Below, in pieces: positions 1 through 9,095 of a stretch of 64,000 nucleotides of DNA; position 1 is the first letter of the stretch; the number at the start of each line of letters is the position of its first letter. The notes beneath the pieces are model-generated. The model was not told the DNA's origin and searched no databases. It saw only the letters and a program-made list of their open reading frames with translations. A program made the position numbers and the translations under genes. The DNA lies in contig JALHQL010000001.1 of NCBI GenBank assembly GCA_022841985.1, positions 5,529 to 69,528 of the forward strand. The letters run 5' to 3'. This DNA is from Minisyncoccota bacterium (GTDB lineage: Bacteria; Patescibacteriota; Minisyncoccia; Phycocordibacterales; Phycocordibacteraceae).

Positions 1-1283
1 GAACATCACTAACTCGTAAAAGGGTGGCAAGAGATGCCGGCAATCCTGTCGATGGCATCGAAAGGAATAGGATTGCAAAAAATACAGTAAGCGCACCTCC
101 GGCAAGTTGATAAAAAAATGGCCACCATGACTGCCGCGCCGCATAGAGCGCGCGAGAAAAGAGAAGTACGGTCCCTTGAGCAACAAGACCTACAATGAAG
201 AGAGCAAAAAGAGCAGCCGTGAGACGAGTTGCATCCCAATCAAACGCGCCAGTACCGAGAACGACACGCACAATATGAGCACGTAAAACAATACCGAGAC
301 CCAGCGCGACGATTGACCAAAGAATGATGTGTCGCGCACTTGAAGAAAGAATACGAGTGAATTCATCACGATTCTTGGGTGCCGATGCTTCAGAAAGAGC
401 AGGAAACGCTGCCACTGCGTACGAAGATCCAATGAGTGCAAGTGGAACCGCCGCTAAATTTCCGGCGAAAGAGAACACGGAAATCGATCCTGTACCGATT
501 CTTGAGGCCATAGCGGTCAAGAGAAGCATCGTAAGCGAACCCATACTGAGTGCGAGCGCCCGAGGAACGGAATCTCGAATCACCGACATCATGACTTTCA
601 CACTTGGAACGCAGAGTCGCGGGAAAACACCTGCCTCGATTACGACCGGAACATTTACCATAAGATACGCAACTGCACCGATAATGACGCCGATGCCAAT
701 CCCGGGAAGCCCCCAGAGCGGATAGAAGACAATCGTACCGAGAATGATGCCAATATTATAGAGAATTGGCGAAATAGCGAAGAGCATGAAGCGACGACGT
801 ACCTGTGTCACACTCGAAAGTACCCCCGAAAGCCCAAGCAAAATTGGCTGCAAGAGCAGGAGACGTGCGAGAAGGACGAAATCAGCTGAATTGGGAGAGC
901 TGATGAAATTCGGATACAAGAGCACAAGAAATTGCGGCATCAAGAATGCAAGCACGATACAGATGAGCCCCCCAACGCCGAACAAGAATGACGCTGATTC
1001 AGAGAGAAGTCGTCGTGTTGCTTCCCTGTCCATTCCTGTAATGCGCGGAATAAGCACATAGGCACTCACGAGCGAAGCAACAAGAACGAAGACAAGGTCC
1101 GGTACACGGAATGCTGCGTAATAGAGGTCGAGCACCTCGCTCGCGCCGAAAGTATGGGCGAATGTTCGGTCGCGCAGAAGCGCTAGAGCCTGTGAAGCAA
1201 GTGTGAGCGCAGCGAGCAAATACGCGGCCTGATGCAGGCCGCGTATTGGTGCTGTGATGCTCTCGAGAATGCTCCGAACCATC
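1..1283 (-). CDS. murJ: Lipid II flippase MurJ/MviN, partial (C-terminus beyond window edge). Start ATG at 1283; no in-window stop, so it is missing from the ORF track.
   Basis: Manual translation of the minus strand from 1283 gives MVRSILESITAPIRGLHQAAYLLAALTLASQALALLRDRTFAHTFGASEVLDLYYAAFRVPDLVFVLVASL..., matching the MurJ N-terminal consensus (LSRxLGxxRDxxxAxxFGA...DAFxxAFRxPN). It continues as a multi-TM hydrophobic protein for >420 codons without a stop. The plus-strand ORFs 324-725 and 786-1061 are antisense artefacts. Confidence 0.7.
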
Positions 1284-1298
1284 GCTCTATACTACACC

Positions 1299-3671
1299 TT
1301 AATTTTGTATTGGTGCTGGAGCAATAGAGAGAAGATTCGCAGGGAACGGATTCTTACCTGCTTCAAGCGCCTCAAGCTGTGAAGCAACGGCATTCGCATT
1401 TTCAGCTGACATCTTCGCAATCGCTCGCATCTGTTCGAGCGCATTTTTAATATCACCTCGTTTTGCAAATACGGCCGAAAGGAAGTAGCGCGCATTGGCA
1501 AATTGCGGATTCGCAGCAACCGCTGCTGAAAGTGCATTTGCAGCACCAGCCAAATCACCTTGAGCAGCACTTAAGACACCCACCTGGAATAGAATGCTTG
1601 GATTATTTGGCGTGAAGTAGGCGGCAGCAAGAGCGGCAGCAAGAGCTTCTCTCACATTTCCATCTTGAACCTCAAGCTGCGAAAGGAGAAAGATGGCATC
1701 GGTATAATCTTGCTTCAGTGCGATTGCGGACTTGAGATCTTCTTTAGCGGCCTTTATATCTCTCTTCGCAATGTTGAGTTGCGCGAGGATATACGGAATT
1801 TGTGGATTCGTCGGGCTCAGTAGCGCTGCCTTTCCATATGCATCCTTAGCGCTGTCGTAGGCACCCGAGACTCCGAGCGGCACTGCTTTAGCGTAGAGGT
1901 TCCCCAATATGAGCCAATTCTGATAGTCAGAAGGGGCAAGACGTGTCGCAGTTAGAGCAGCATTTATACCTCCCGAAAGCGCCGTCTGAAATGCTTGTTG
2001 TGCTGCAGACGTCGACATTGTCGAAGAGGCCGCTATCCGATCAAGCTGTACACTCGCAACTCCCGCCTCGATTTGATAGGCAGCTGCGCTCGAAGCAAAA
2101 AGTATTGAGTTTTGTGCGGATTTACCAGCCGCCTCAATATTACCGGCGGAAAATGCAACTCTCGATTCCGCAAGTTCGGTTGTGGCGATATAACGTCCGA
2201 CAAGTGAATAAGCAGCACCGACTGATCCAAGCAGAAGAATCGTCAGAGAGAACACGACGAGAAATCCAAGTCGCGGACTTCGCGAGAAGACAATACCCCA
2301 TTGTTGGCCATGTGCGGCATAACGGGTTGTTGAGACGAAGAGGCCCGCGAAGACAAAGGCGAGAGTAAGAATAACCGTATTCGGCAAACCGAAAATCGCA
2401 GTTATGTAGAGGTAGAGTGCTGCCACGAACGAGAACAGCGCAACATGACGAACGAAAGCATCCTGTGGCGTGCGCAGGATAAGAGTACGGAGACCGAACA
2501 CGATAAAGAGAGCAAGGAACAGAACCCATGCGAACATGCCTACAAGACCGGTCGTCACAAATGAGGTCGGGATAAAGCCGATACCGGAGGAGAAGTCTAT
2601 ATTCCAGAAGACGGTCGAATTGAGAGCTGCATCGCGATATTTGAGCCATTCAACTCCAAAGGTGTTAGGACCCGAACCAAAGACTGGAGCAGTTGCATAC
2701 ACTTTCTGCCCGACTGAAAGCGTTGATTCCCAAGACGGACGGACGTTGAGGATATTTACGTTGAGCGTATTCGCCAAAGCGTTACCCAGTGTTCCTCCAA
2801 TAAGAAAGAAAAGCGAAACGGCGAGTACACAGAGCGGAATGATAAACGAGTGGATGCTTTCATCTGTCTCGAGCGGCGCTTCGCTCATAATTGCAGCCCC
2901 ATCAAGATCCGCCTCTGCAGTCTTCGACTTGCGCTGCATGATCGCTTCAACAAAAAGACCGAGTGAGAAGAGCGCCACCAATGTCCACGTAAGCATGGAG
3001 TTTGCAATAGCGAGCAACATCAGCGCTCCAATGAGAATAGCGATACGTATATAGTGTGCGCGTCGCGAGAGATTAAGTTCTCGGAGCGTGATGAGAATGC
3101 CGATGATACCGAGCCCCGCCAGAAACGCAAGATCTTCAAAAGAACCTATGGCCGAGAACGCTGGAGAGATTGCATTCGGCGCAAATTGCCCAACAATAAC
3201 GATGAGCAATTGGAGAACGACGATTGCACCGAATGCCCAAGCAGCGGCATTGAGAAAGGAGTGATACTGTTCCGGACGACGCAGCATGAGTGCCGCTAAG
3301 GTGCCCAGGCATGTGGCAACGAGCATAAAGCCGAATGTATCCGGTTCAAAGGCTGATCCCCAAAGGGCGTTCGTAAAGAGTGTGCCTGAAAACACTGCCG
3401 AAAGAGCGTACGCTAGTACTGGCAACCAGAGTGCACCAAGAAGCGCGAACGGCGGAAGGATGACATTGCCGCGCCCGAGACGCGCAAGAATGTAAAGCGC
3501 AAGAGTGACAAGTGTACCGGCAGCAAGCAGAAATGTTTTAGTCGTAGTAACTGGAACGGCTGTAGATGGAATAAAAATAAAAATAGCGCCGACAAGAGTG
3601 GCGAGGAGCGCCCAAATACTTATGGTCTCAATTGAACGGCGAGGAGCAAGGTTTGGATTTTCCGGAGGCAT
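1299..3671 (-). CDS. O-antigen ligase (Wzy_C)-like polytopic membrane protein with C-terminal TPR-like Ala-rich repeats
   Basis: 790 aa. The N-terminal ~430 aa carry about 10-12 predicted TM helices in the arrangement typical of O-antigen ligase/Wzy family proteins. The C-terminal ~300 aa are Ala/Leu-rich repeats (TPR-like). It ends 15 nt upstream of the murJ start on the same strand, so an operon is likely. Confidence 0.5.
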   Translation of the reverse strand: MPPENPNLAPRRSIETISIWALLATLVGAIFIFIPSTAVPVTTTKTFLLAAGTLVTLALYILARLGRGNVILPPFALLGALWLPVLAYALSAVFSGTLFTNALWGSAFEPDTFGFMLVATCLGTLAALMLRRPEQYHSFLNAAAWAFGAIVVLQLLIVIVGQFAPNAISPAFSAIGSFEDLAFLAGLGIIGILITLRELNLSRRAHYIRIAILIGALMLLAIANSMLTWTLVALFSLGLFVEAIMQRKSKTAEADLDGAAIMSEAPLETDESIHSFIIPLCVLAVSLFFLIGGTLGNALANTLNVNILNVRPSWESTLSVGQKVYATAPVFGSGPNTFGVEWLKYRDAALNSTVFWNIDFSSGIGFIPTSFVTTGLVGMFAWVLFLALFIVFGLRTLILRTPQDAFVRHVALFSFVAALYLYITAIFGLPNTVILTLAFVFAGLFVSTTRYAAHGQQWGIVFSRSPRLGFLVVFSLTILLLGSVGAAYSLVGRYIATTELAESRVAFSAGNIEAAGKSAQNSILFASSAAAYQIEAGVASVQLDRIAASSTMSTSAAQQAFQTALSGGINAALTATRLAPSDYQNWLILGNLYAKAVPLGVSGAYDSAKDAYGKAALLSPTNPQIPYILAQLNIAKRDIKAAKEDLKSAIALKQDYTDAIFLLSQLEVQDGNVREALAAALAAAYFTPNNPSILFQVGVLSAAQGDLAGAANALSAAVAANPQFANARYFLSAVFAKRGDIKNALEQMRAIAKMSAENANAVASQLEALEAGKNPFPANLLSIAPAPIQN

Positions 3672-3769
3672 GTTTATTTCTGGTGATAAAATTCAATAAT
3701 AATACCGTTCAGTATACCCTGCTAATCCTTTTGTCTAGACGTTCATCCACATCCTAAATCCTAATGTTA

Positions 3770-3778
3770 TGGTATAAT
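3770..3778 (+). promoter_or_regulatory. Extended -10 element (TGgTATAAT) driving rnpB
   Basis: tatggTATAATgc at 3768-3780; the predicted transcript start is ~7 nt downstream and coincides with the 5' strand of the RNase P RNA P1 helix. Confidence 0.4.
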
Positions 3779-3784
3779 GCACGC

Positions 3785-4148
3785 AGACCGAACTAGACGA
3801 TCGCCCCATGAGATAATCGCGGGGAGGAAAGTCCGAACATGCACTCTGCTTAACCGCAGAGGAGACAGGTAGCGGGTAACGCCCGTCGTCCGCGAGGATA
3901 GAGGTGCCTACAGAGACGCCCACAAGCGAAAGCGAGGGGCATCCTGCCACTCAGGTAGGATGAGTTCTCCGAGTAATCGGAGAGGTGCAACGAATAAATC
4001 CTTACCCGCATGCAAGGCCGTATCGTTGGTGCAAAACACCAACGGGGTGCCGCTCGAGCTTGCAAGCAATTGTGAGCCCAGATAAATGATCGTCTCGGTT
4101 TTTTTAAGAAAATCCAGACAGAATTCGGCTTATCGGTTCGGTCTATAC
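3785..4148 (+). ncRNA. rnpB: RNase P RNA (bacterial type A)
   Basis: Universally conserved P4 strand GGAGGAAAGTCCG at 3822-3834. The 3' region ACAGAATTCGGCTTATCGGTTCGG matches E. coli M1 RNA ACAGAACCCGGCTTATCGGTCAG. P1 pairing: AGACCGAAC (3786-3794) with GTTCGGTCT (4136-4144). P3 hairpin: gcccc...gcgggg. AGATAAATGA corresponds to M1 AGATGAATGA. Confidence 0.8.
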
Positions 4149-4154
4149 AATGCT

Positions 4155-4180
4155 AAAACCCACGCTCCTGCGTGGGTTTT
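4155..4180. terminator. Bidirectional rho-independent terminator between rnpB (+) and nrdJ (-)
   Basis: Perfect hairpin AAAACCCACGC-tcct-GCGTGGGTTTT with A/T runs on both sides. Confidence 0.6.
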
Positions 4181-4206
4181 AGCTTGAGGTGGAGCAACAG
4201 AGCGAC

Positions 4207-6621
4207 TTAGACTATTTCACAAGTCCCACCGGCACAAGCAAGCTCCTTTTTCATATCCGATTCATCCTGGCGTTCATATGCGAAGAGTTTCGAGTAATCC
4301 ACTTTTGGAAAGCGAGACATGCGTTCCTCGTATTCTTTTTCTGTAATTGTCTCATACGGCGCAAGACGATAGACATGATTTGATCGCGGAAGGAATGAAA
4401 GTCCGCCGATGATGTCCCAATTTTTCTGCACCCAGCTGACAACCCCAATCCACTCATCTTCGCCCACTGAGATGGTTGCCGAAGGATTGTGTTCAGTGAA
4501 GTTCAGTTTGACCGTCTTCCAGTATTCAAGTTGATCAAGGGCGGTCAGACCGTCTTTAAACTTCGCTTCTTTTGAGTGATCAGGCGCCTTGACCGGGAAC
4601 TCCAGTACAAAGGTATTGGCTTCTTCCATTGACTGCCCCACTTCCGGATAGTACGTCACACCTTGATCGCGCATCATTTTGAAAAGTGAGTCGGTCGCAC
4701 TGATGCGCACGCGACGGATATAGTAGGGTGCGTGGCGCGGATGAATACCCGATGCACAATTGAAAGTCTGTGAGACAGTACCCGAAGGCTTGACTGCAGT
4801 TACCGCCATTGATCGCTCGACACCAAAACGTTTTGCATACGCGACATTCGTCTTGACTGCTATATCGCGAACTTTACGCATCACCTCCGGCTGGCGCGCC
4901 ACAGGAGAATCCCATTGGCCTGTTATGGAAACGCCAAGGAGACGTTCCGCCTTATTATGCTCAGTCCAATCTTTTGAAATGTAGCCGAACTTTGTGAGCG
5001 TCGATTGATAGGTGCCGAGAATCGCCGCGAGACGTGCCTTCCGCAAGAGCGAGGCTTCCGTGTCGTTTGCACGCGCAATGACCTCGGAGAGATTACAGAA
5101 CTGCTTCGACTGCAAGATAATTTCGGCGCATGGATTGGTGCCGATAGATCCATGTACGACGCCATCTTCCCCGATAAAGCCGATTTTCTTGAAATACTCC
5201 GTTCGACGCTTTGGGAGAGTCGTCGCAAGAGAACCGCGATTGAAGATGCCTCGCTCGCCGCTTCCGCTTTTCATGAGCGCTACCCATTCGTCCATGAGCT
5301 CGGCATTGGTCGGCTGTATCTCATACACGGCGGAGTTATTGGAAACAGCGCGGTGTGGATCGGTCATATAGAATTGACCTTTCTTTGCATCACGCATCTC
5401 CACATCATCGAGGTCGGAGAGCGAGATCATCGCAGTACGACGCACTCCGCCAGCAACCACGCATTCGCCTATCTTACAAATGACATCGTGCACGTCGATC
5501 GCGCGCATGCGACGCCCCTGGCGCTTCAACACGCGCTCGCGGGCGAATGCGAGAAGACTCTGGAGCGGTTCAGGACCGCTTGCCTTCCCACCCATGGTCT
5601 TAAGGCGTGCTCCGGCCGGTCGTATCTGAGAATAATCAAATGTAATGTCTTTACCTGCATACCAGGTCGTAAGCCCGAGCGTGAGAGCATCGCACCAGCC
5701 CTCCTTTGAGTCCGCAATGACGTGCGTTGGTATCTTCTGCCCCATTTGTTTTTTGATTTGCGGAAGCTGCTCGACGTTTTGACTCTCTACCGCAAAGCCG
5801 ACACCGCATCCCTGCATTGAGAGATACATAATCTCGGCAAAGTCTTCGAGCTTCACCGGCGCAGTAAACGTACAATTATACGCACACGTATTACAGCGGC
5901 GCGCTGCCTCGCCCGAGAACTGCATGAGACGCATTGATGGCATCACTTCTTGCTTCAAGATGCCCATGCGTACTTCGGCGTATTCTTTTTCAGTCAGTTT
6001 GGTACCAAGATTCTCGCGCATGAAGCTTATGTAGCGATCTACCGTCTCAATCCATGTCTCGCGACGACCTTCAGAAGGAATCCATTTCGCGTAGGTGCGC
6101 AGGTAGACAAATTCACCGAGTGGATTTCCCTCGAAATATTTCTTGCTTTCTTCGGACAGCTTCCTCACATGTTCCGGTATCTCGATGTGCGTCGCCCGCA
6201 GTTGTGCCCGTTTGTCACGATAGAGAATGTACGCCTTAGCCGTCTTTACGTAATCGTTCAAGATGAGGTATTTTTCAATCGAATCTTGCATACCCTCGAC
6301 TGTTGGAAGGAAACTCTTATACTTCTTGGCAAATCGTCCGAGCTCGCCAGCCACCTGGTGCGCCACAAGATTTGCATCGTCCTGACTTCCTTCCTCTGCA
6401 GCGAGCATCGCCTTCCAAATAGCTGTGGCTATTTTATCGAAATCAAATGCAACAAGTCGCCCATCGCGTTTTTCTATTTGTGGAATCATTTCGCGATATC
6501 GCATCGTCTCCTTTGAGAACTCTTGTTCCGAGACTTCGGAAGGGAATCTAGATTCCGTCACTTTCGCAACAGAAGCAGCAAGACTTTTCGAATGGATGGA
6601 TGCTTTCGCGATTTTGGACAT
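4207..6621 (-). CDS. nrdJ: Adenosylcobalamin-dependent (class II) ribonucleotide reductase with N-terminal ATP-cone; the true start may be internal (MRYRE.../MIPQIEKRDG...)
   Basis: 804 aa. ATP-cone-like segment IPQIEKRDGRLVAFDFDKIATAIWKAM. RNR active-site motif TNPCAEI. C-terminal redox-active Cys pair CAGGTCEIV. The large size is typical of NrdJ. Confidence 0.75.
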   Translation of the reverse strand: MSKIAKASIHSKSLAASVAKVTESRFPSEVSEQEFSKETMRYREMIPQIEKRDGRLVAFDFDKIATAIWKAMLAAEEGSQDDANLVAHQVAGELGRFAKKYKSFLPTVEGMQDSIEKYLILNDYVKTAKAYILYRDKRAQLRATHIEIPEHVRKLSEESKKYFEGNPLGEFVYLRTYAKWIPSEGRRETWIETVDRYISFMRENLGTKLTEKEYAEVRMGILKQEVMPSMRLMQFSGEAARRCNTCAYNCTFTAPVKLEDFAEIMYLSMQGCGVGFAVESQNVEQLPQIKKQMGQKIPTHVIADSKEGWCDALTLGLTTWYAGKDITFDYSQIRPAGARLKTMGGKASGPEPLQSLLAFARERVLKRQGRRMRAIDVHDVICKIGECVVAGGVRRTAMISLSDLDDVEMRDAKKGQFYMTDPHRAVSNNSAVYEIQPTNAELMDEWVALMKSGSGERGIFNRGSLATTLPKRRTEYFKKIGFIGEDGVVHGSIGTNPCAEIILQSKQFCNLSEVIARANDTEASLLRKARLAAILGTYQSTLTKFGYISKDWTEHNKAERLLGVSITGQWDSPVARQPEVMRKVRDIAVKTNVAYAKRFGVERSMAVTAVKPSGTVSQTFNCASGIHPRHAPYYIRRVRISATDSLFKMMRDQGVTYYPEVGQSMEEANTFVLEFPVKAPDHSKEAKFKDGLTALDQLEYWKTVKLNFTEHNPSATISVGEDEWIGVVSWVQKNWDIIGGLSFLPRSNHVYRLAPYETITEKEYEERMSRFPKVDYSKLFAYERQDESDMKKELACAGGTCEIV

Positions 6622-6712
6622 ACGTGGACGATCAATAATTTATAAATATACTGCCGCGTGCTTCTTATCAACTAGTTTACTCCTGCTGCAAAAAAATACC
6701 CTGTGGACAGCG

Positions 6713-7189
6713 TTACTCTGAAACGATTGGAAAATTTTTCAACATAAGTTTTGTACTGGTCGTGATGTTGTGTGCACGCGCAAAACCAGCGACAGTTTCA
6801 AGGACATACCGTGCTTGGGCGTTCGGATAAAAGACATTTGGATAGCTTGAGGTCGCTACATTTTCGGCGATTGAAATAACCTGTCCTTTATCATCCAGCC
6901 AGAAAATATCTATAGGGACCAGCATATCCTTCATCCAGAAGCCATACATACCATCCTTTTGGAACACAAAAAACATTCCATAGTCTCCAGGGATCCTTGC
7001 TCGGCCGCTGAGCCCTCTCGCTTGCGCCTCGCTCGTACTTGCGACTTCAATTCTCAAGGACACGCCGCCAAATTCCCCTACGATAGATGGCTCCGCTGTT
7101 GGCGAATTTGTCCTATAGAAAAATAGTGCCGTAATTACCATCGCCACTATCAGAAATCCTACATAAAAATATCGAGACATACGCAACAA
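6713..7189 (-). CDS. DUF192 (COG1430) family protein with N-terminal membrane anchor
   Basis: 158 aa, N-terminal TM helix. Conserved DUF192 core: AQARGLSGR...GMFFVF...FWMKDMLVPIDIFWLDDKGQVI. Confidence 0.6.
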   Translation of the reverse strand: MLRMSRYFYVGFLIVAMVITALFFYRTNSPTAEPSIVGEFGGVSLRIEVASTSEAQARGLSGRARIPGDYGMFFVFQKDGMYGFWMKDMLVPIDIFWLDDKGQVISIAENVATSSYPNVFYPNAQARYVLETVAGFARAHNITTSTKLMLKNFPIVSE

Positions 7190-7194
7190 ATCAG

Positions 7195-7665
7195 CTAGAC
7201 TTTCAAAAGCATATCTACCATTTCTAGCTCCTTGTAAATGCCTGAAATGAGATCGAGCTCTTTAGCCTCTTCCAAACTTGCCCATTTGTATTCAACGGCG
7301 TCTTCGTCAAGCTTCACTTCCCCGGAAATATATGGCGCGTAATAGCTCAAGACCAGCACAGGAATTCCATCGGGGTGAAGGAAGGTAAGGTCAAGCAGAT
7401 AATTCACTTTCCCTATTTCAACACTTACTTCTTCTTGCACTTCTCGCCGAAGAGCTTTCTCGACAACTCCATACCAACCAGCATTACCATGAGTCTGCGG
7501 TGTATCGATATAATCGTTCGTACTTAACCCCCCGCCGGGCACTGTCCATTTACCCGGATGTACTTTTTTATGCTGGCTTCTTTTCGTCACCAAGTACTTC
7601 CCTTCGTCATTATAGATGATGCAGGTGGTCGCTATACGATGAAGTTCCTTATCTCGTATCTCCAT
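7195..7665 (-). CDS. NUDIX hydrolase
   Basis: 156 aa. Nudix box GGGLSTNDYIDTPQTHGNAGWYGVVEKALRREVQEEVSV (Gx5Ex7REUxEExGU pattern). Confidence 0.7.
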   Translation of the reverse strand: MEIRDKELHRIATTCIIYNDEGKYLVTKRSQHKKVHPGKWTVPGGGLSTNDYIDTPQTHGNAGWYGVVEKALRREVQEEVSVEIGKVNYLLDLTFLHPDGIPVLVLSYYAPYISGEVKLDEDAVEYKWASLEEAKELDLISGIYKELEMVDMLLKV

Positions 7666-7695
7666 GCATAAATGCTACCACGGAGCTCGGGGTAC

Positions 7696-9078
7696 CTAGA
7701 TAGTCTGATCGTGCGGATCGAAAATGGACGGGGACACTTCTTTTCCTTGCAGTAATTCTGAAATTCTTTTGCCACCAAATACCGATGGTAGAATACCGAC
7801 GCCGTTGCAGCCGAGGTTATACAAAAGCACCGGATTACATGGCTCGAAACCGACGCGACGAACGCCGTTTGGCGTATAGCCCATGAGTCCATGCCAACAA
7901 AACGCGTACTTGGTTTCCGGACCAGGGTGTTTACTGTAATTTGAACGCAGGAAATCGTCGATTATATCCCTCATATCCTCGGTGTACGCATGTGTGCGAG
8001 AATAATCCGCCCCATTCGGAAGCACTTTTTCCGGTCCACCCGCACAGACTAGACTATGGAGATTCTTCCCTTCGTGTTCGTGCGGACGACGAGTGAGGTA
8101 GAAATAGCTTTCGCCGGTCGGATCGCCATTGCGCTCATTCGTCTTGGGGAAATAACTCACGGCTGTGGGAGGATTGTCGAGCGGCTCGACGTAACCGGAC
8201 ATGTAACCGATGCGTCCAGCAATCGAGTGATGAAATGCCGTATCAATTTCTGGCCCCACTTCATTACTGATCGAAAAATGTTCGAATCCATTGGTGCACA
8301 GCACAATATTCCCCGCCACAACCGTATGCGCAAGGACCCCGAGCGACCCGTCGGCCCCCTTGAGCCGTACTGTTTTTACCGGACTGCCCTCATATAAAGA
8401 AAAACGGTCCTGGTATTTCGTCACTAAGTATCCGATGAGCTCTTCGGTAAAGAGCGCGCTATTCATGCATCCTTTCTGAAAAGCAAGGGAAGCGACGTAG
8501 CCCGTATTATTCGTCTCAAGCAGATTAAGCATGTCTTTGTGCGCGACTGTTCCATAGAGATGCGCATATGCTTTTGGAATATTCTTGCGCTCCTCCCACT
8601 CTTCGGCGACAATCATTGCCTCCGTCTGTAATCCTCCTTCCTCTCGGTAATGATTATCTTTCAGATGCCGAAGGACCTGATCGAAGCTCGAAAGCCCGGT
8701 ATATCCGGTAAATCGATAGAGCGGCGTCCGTAGATCCGCTTCTTCCATGATTTGGTCAATCAGCGTCCAAGCAGACTCGATCGAACGTTGACCATCAATG
8801 GCAAGTTCGAGACCGAATTCTTCCACGAGCTCAGAAAGCGGCCGCTCGAAGTAACTTGTAATCTGTCCTGCATTGTGCCCGGTCGCTCCATGGGCAATTT
8901 TATCGGCCTCAAGCAGAATAACGGTCTTGTTCGTATCGCGCAGAGTGAAAAAAGCGGTAACAATGCCGGCAATGCCACCACCGACGATGGCCACATCCGC
9001 GGTCGCATTGGCATTAAGCGGAACAACCGATCTACTGCGCTTGAGCTGATGTATCCAGGGTGAATTATTCGGTATCAT
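7696..9078 (-). CDS. FAD-dependent oxidoreductase (DAO / glycine-oxidase-like family)
   Basis: 460 aa. N-terminal dinucleotide-binding motif DVAIVGGGIAGIVTAF plus EADKIAHGATGHNAG, typical of the DAO superfamily. Confidence 0.65.
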   Translation of the reverse strand: MIPNNSPWIHQLKRSRSVVPLNANATADVAIVGGGIAGIVTAFFTLRDTNKTVILLEADKIAHGATGHNAGQITSYFERPLSELVEEFGLELAIDGQRSIESAWTLIDQIMEEADLRTPLYRFTGYTGLSSFDQVLRHLKDNHYREEGGLQTEAMIVAEEWEERKNIPKAYAHLYGTVAHKDMLNLLETNNTGYVASLAFQKGCMNSALFTEELIGYLVTKYQDRFSLYEGSPVKTVRLKGADGSLGVLAHTVVAGNIVLCTNGFEHFSISNEVGPEIDTAFHHSIAGRIGYMSGYVEPLDNPPTAVSYFPKTNERNGDPTGESYFYLTRRPHEHEGKNLHSLVCAGGPEKVLPNGADYSRTHAYTEDMRDIIDDFLRSNYSKHPGPETKYAFCWHGLMGYTPNGVRRVGFEPCNPVLLYNLGCNGVGILPSVFGGKRISELLQGKEVSPSIFDPHDQTI

Positions 9079-9095
9079 ATGGCATTACTAAAAGT

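Noticed and set aside
324-1061. Plus-strand ORFs 324-725 and 786-1061
   Set aside because: They lie antisense to the clearly MurJ-like minus-strand frame. They have low-complexity Ala/Ser/Thr/Arg-rich composition and no motifs.
3735-4065. ORFs 3735-3950 and 3850-4065 (minus strand)
   Set aside because: They fall entirely inside the RNase P RNA gene.
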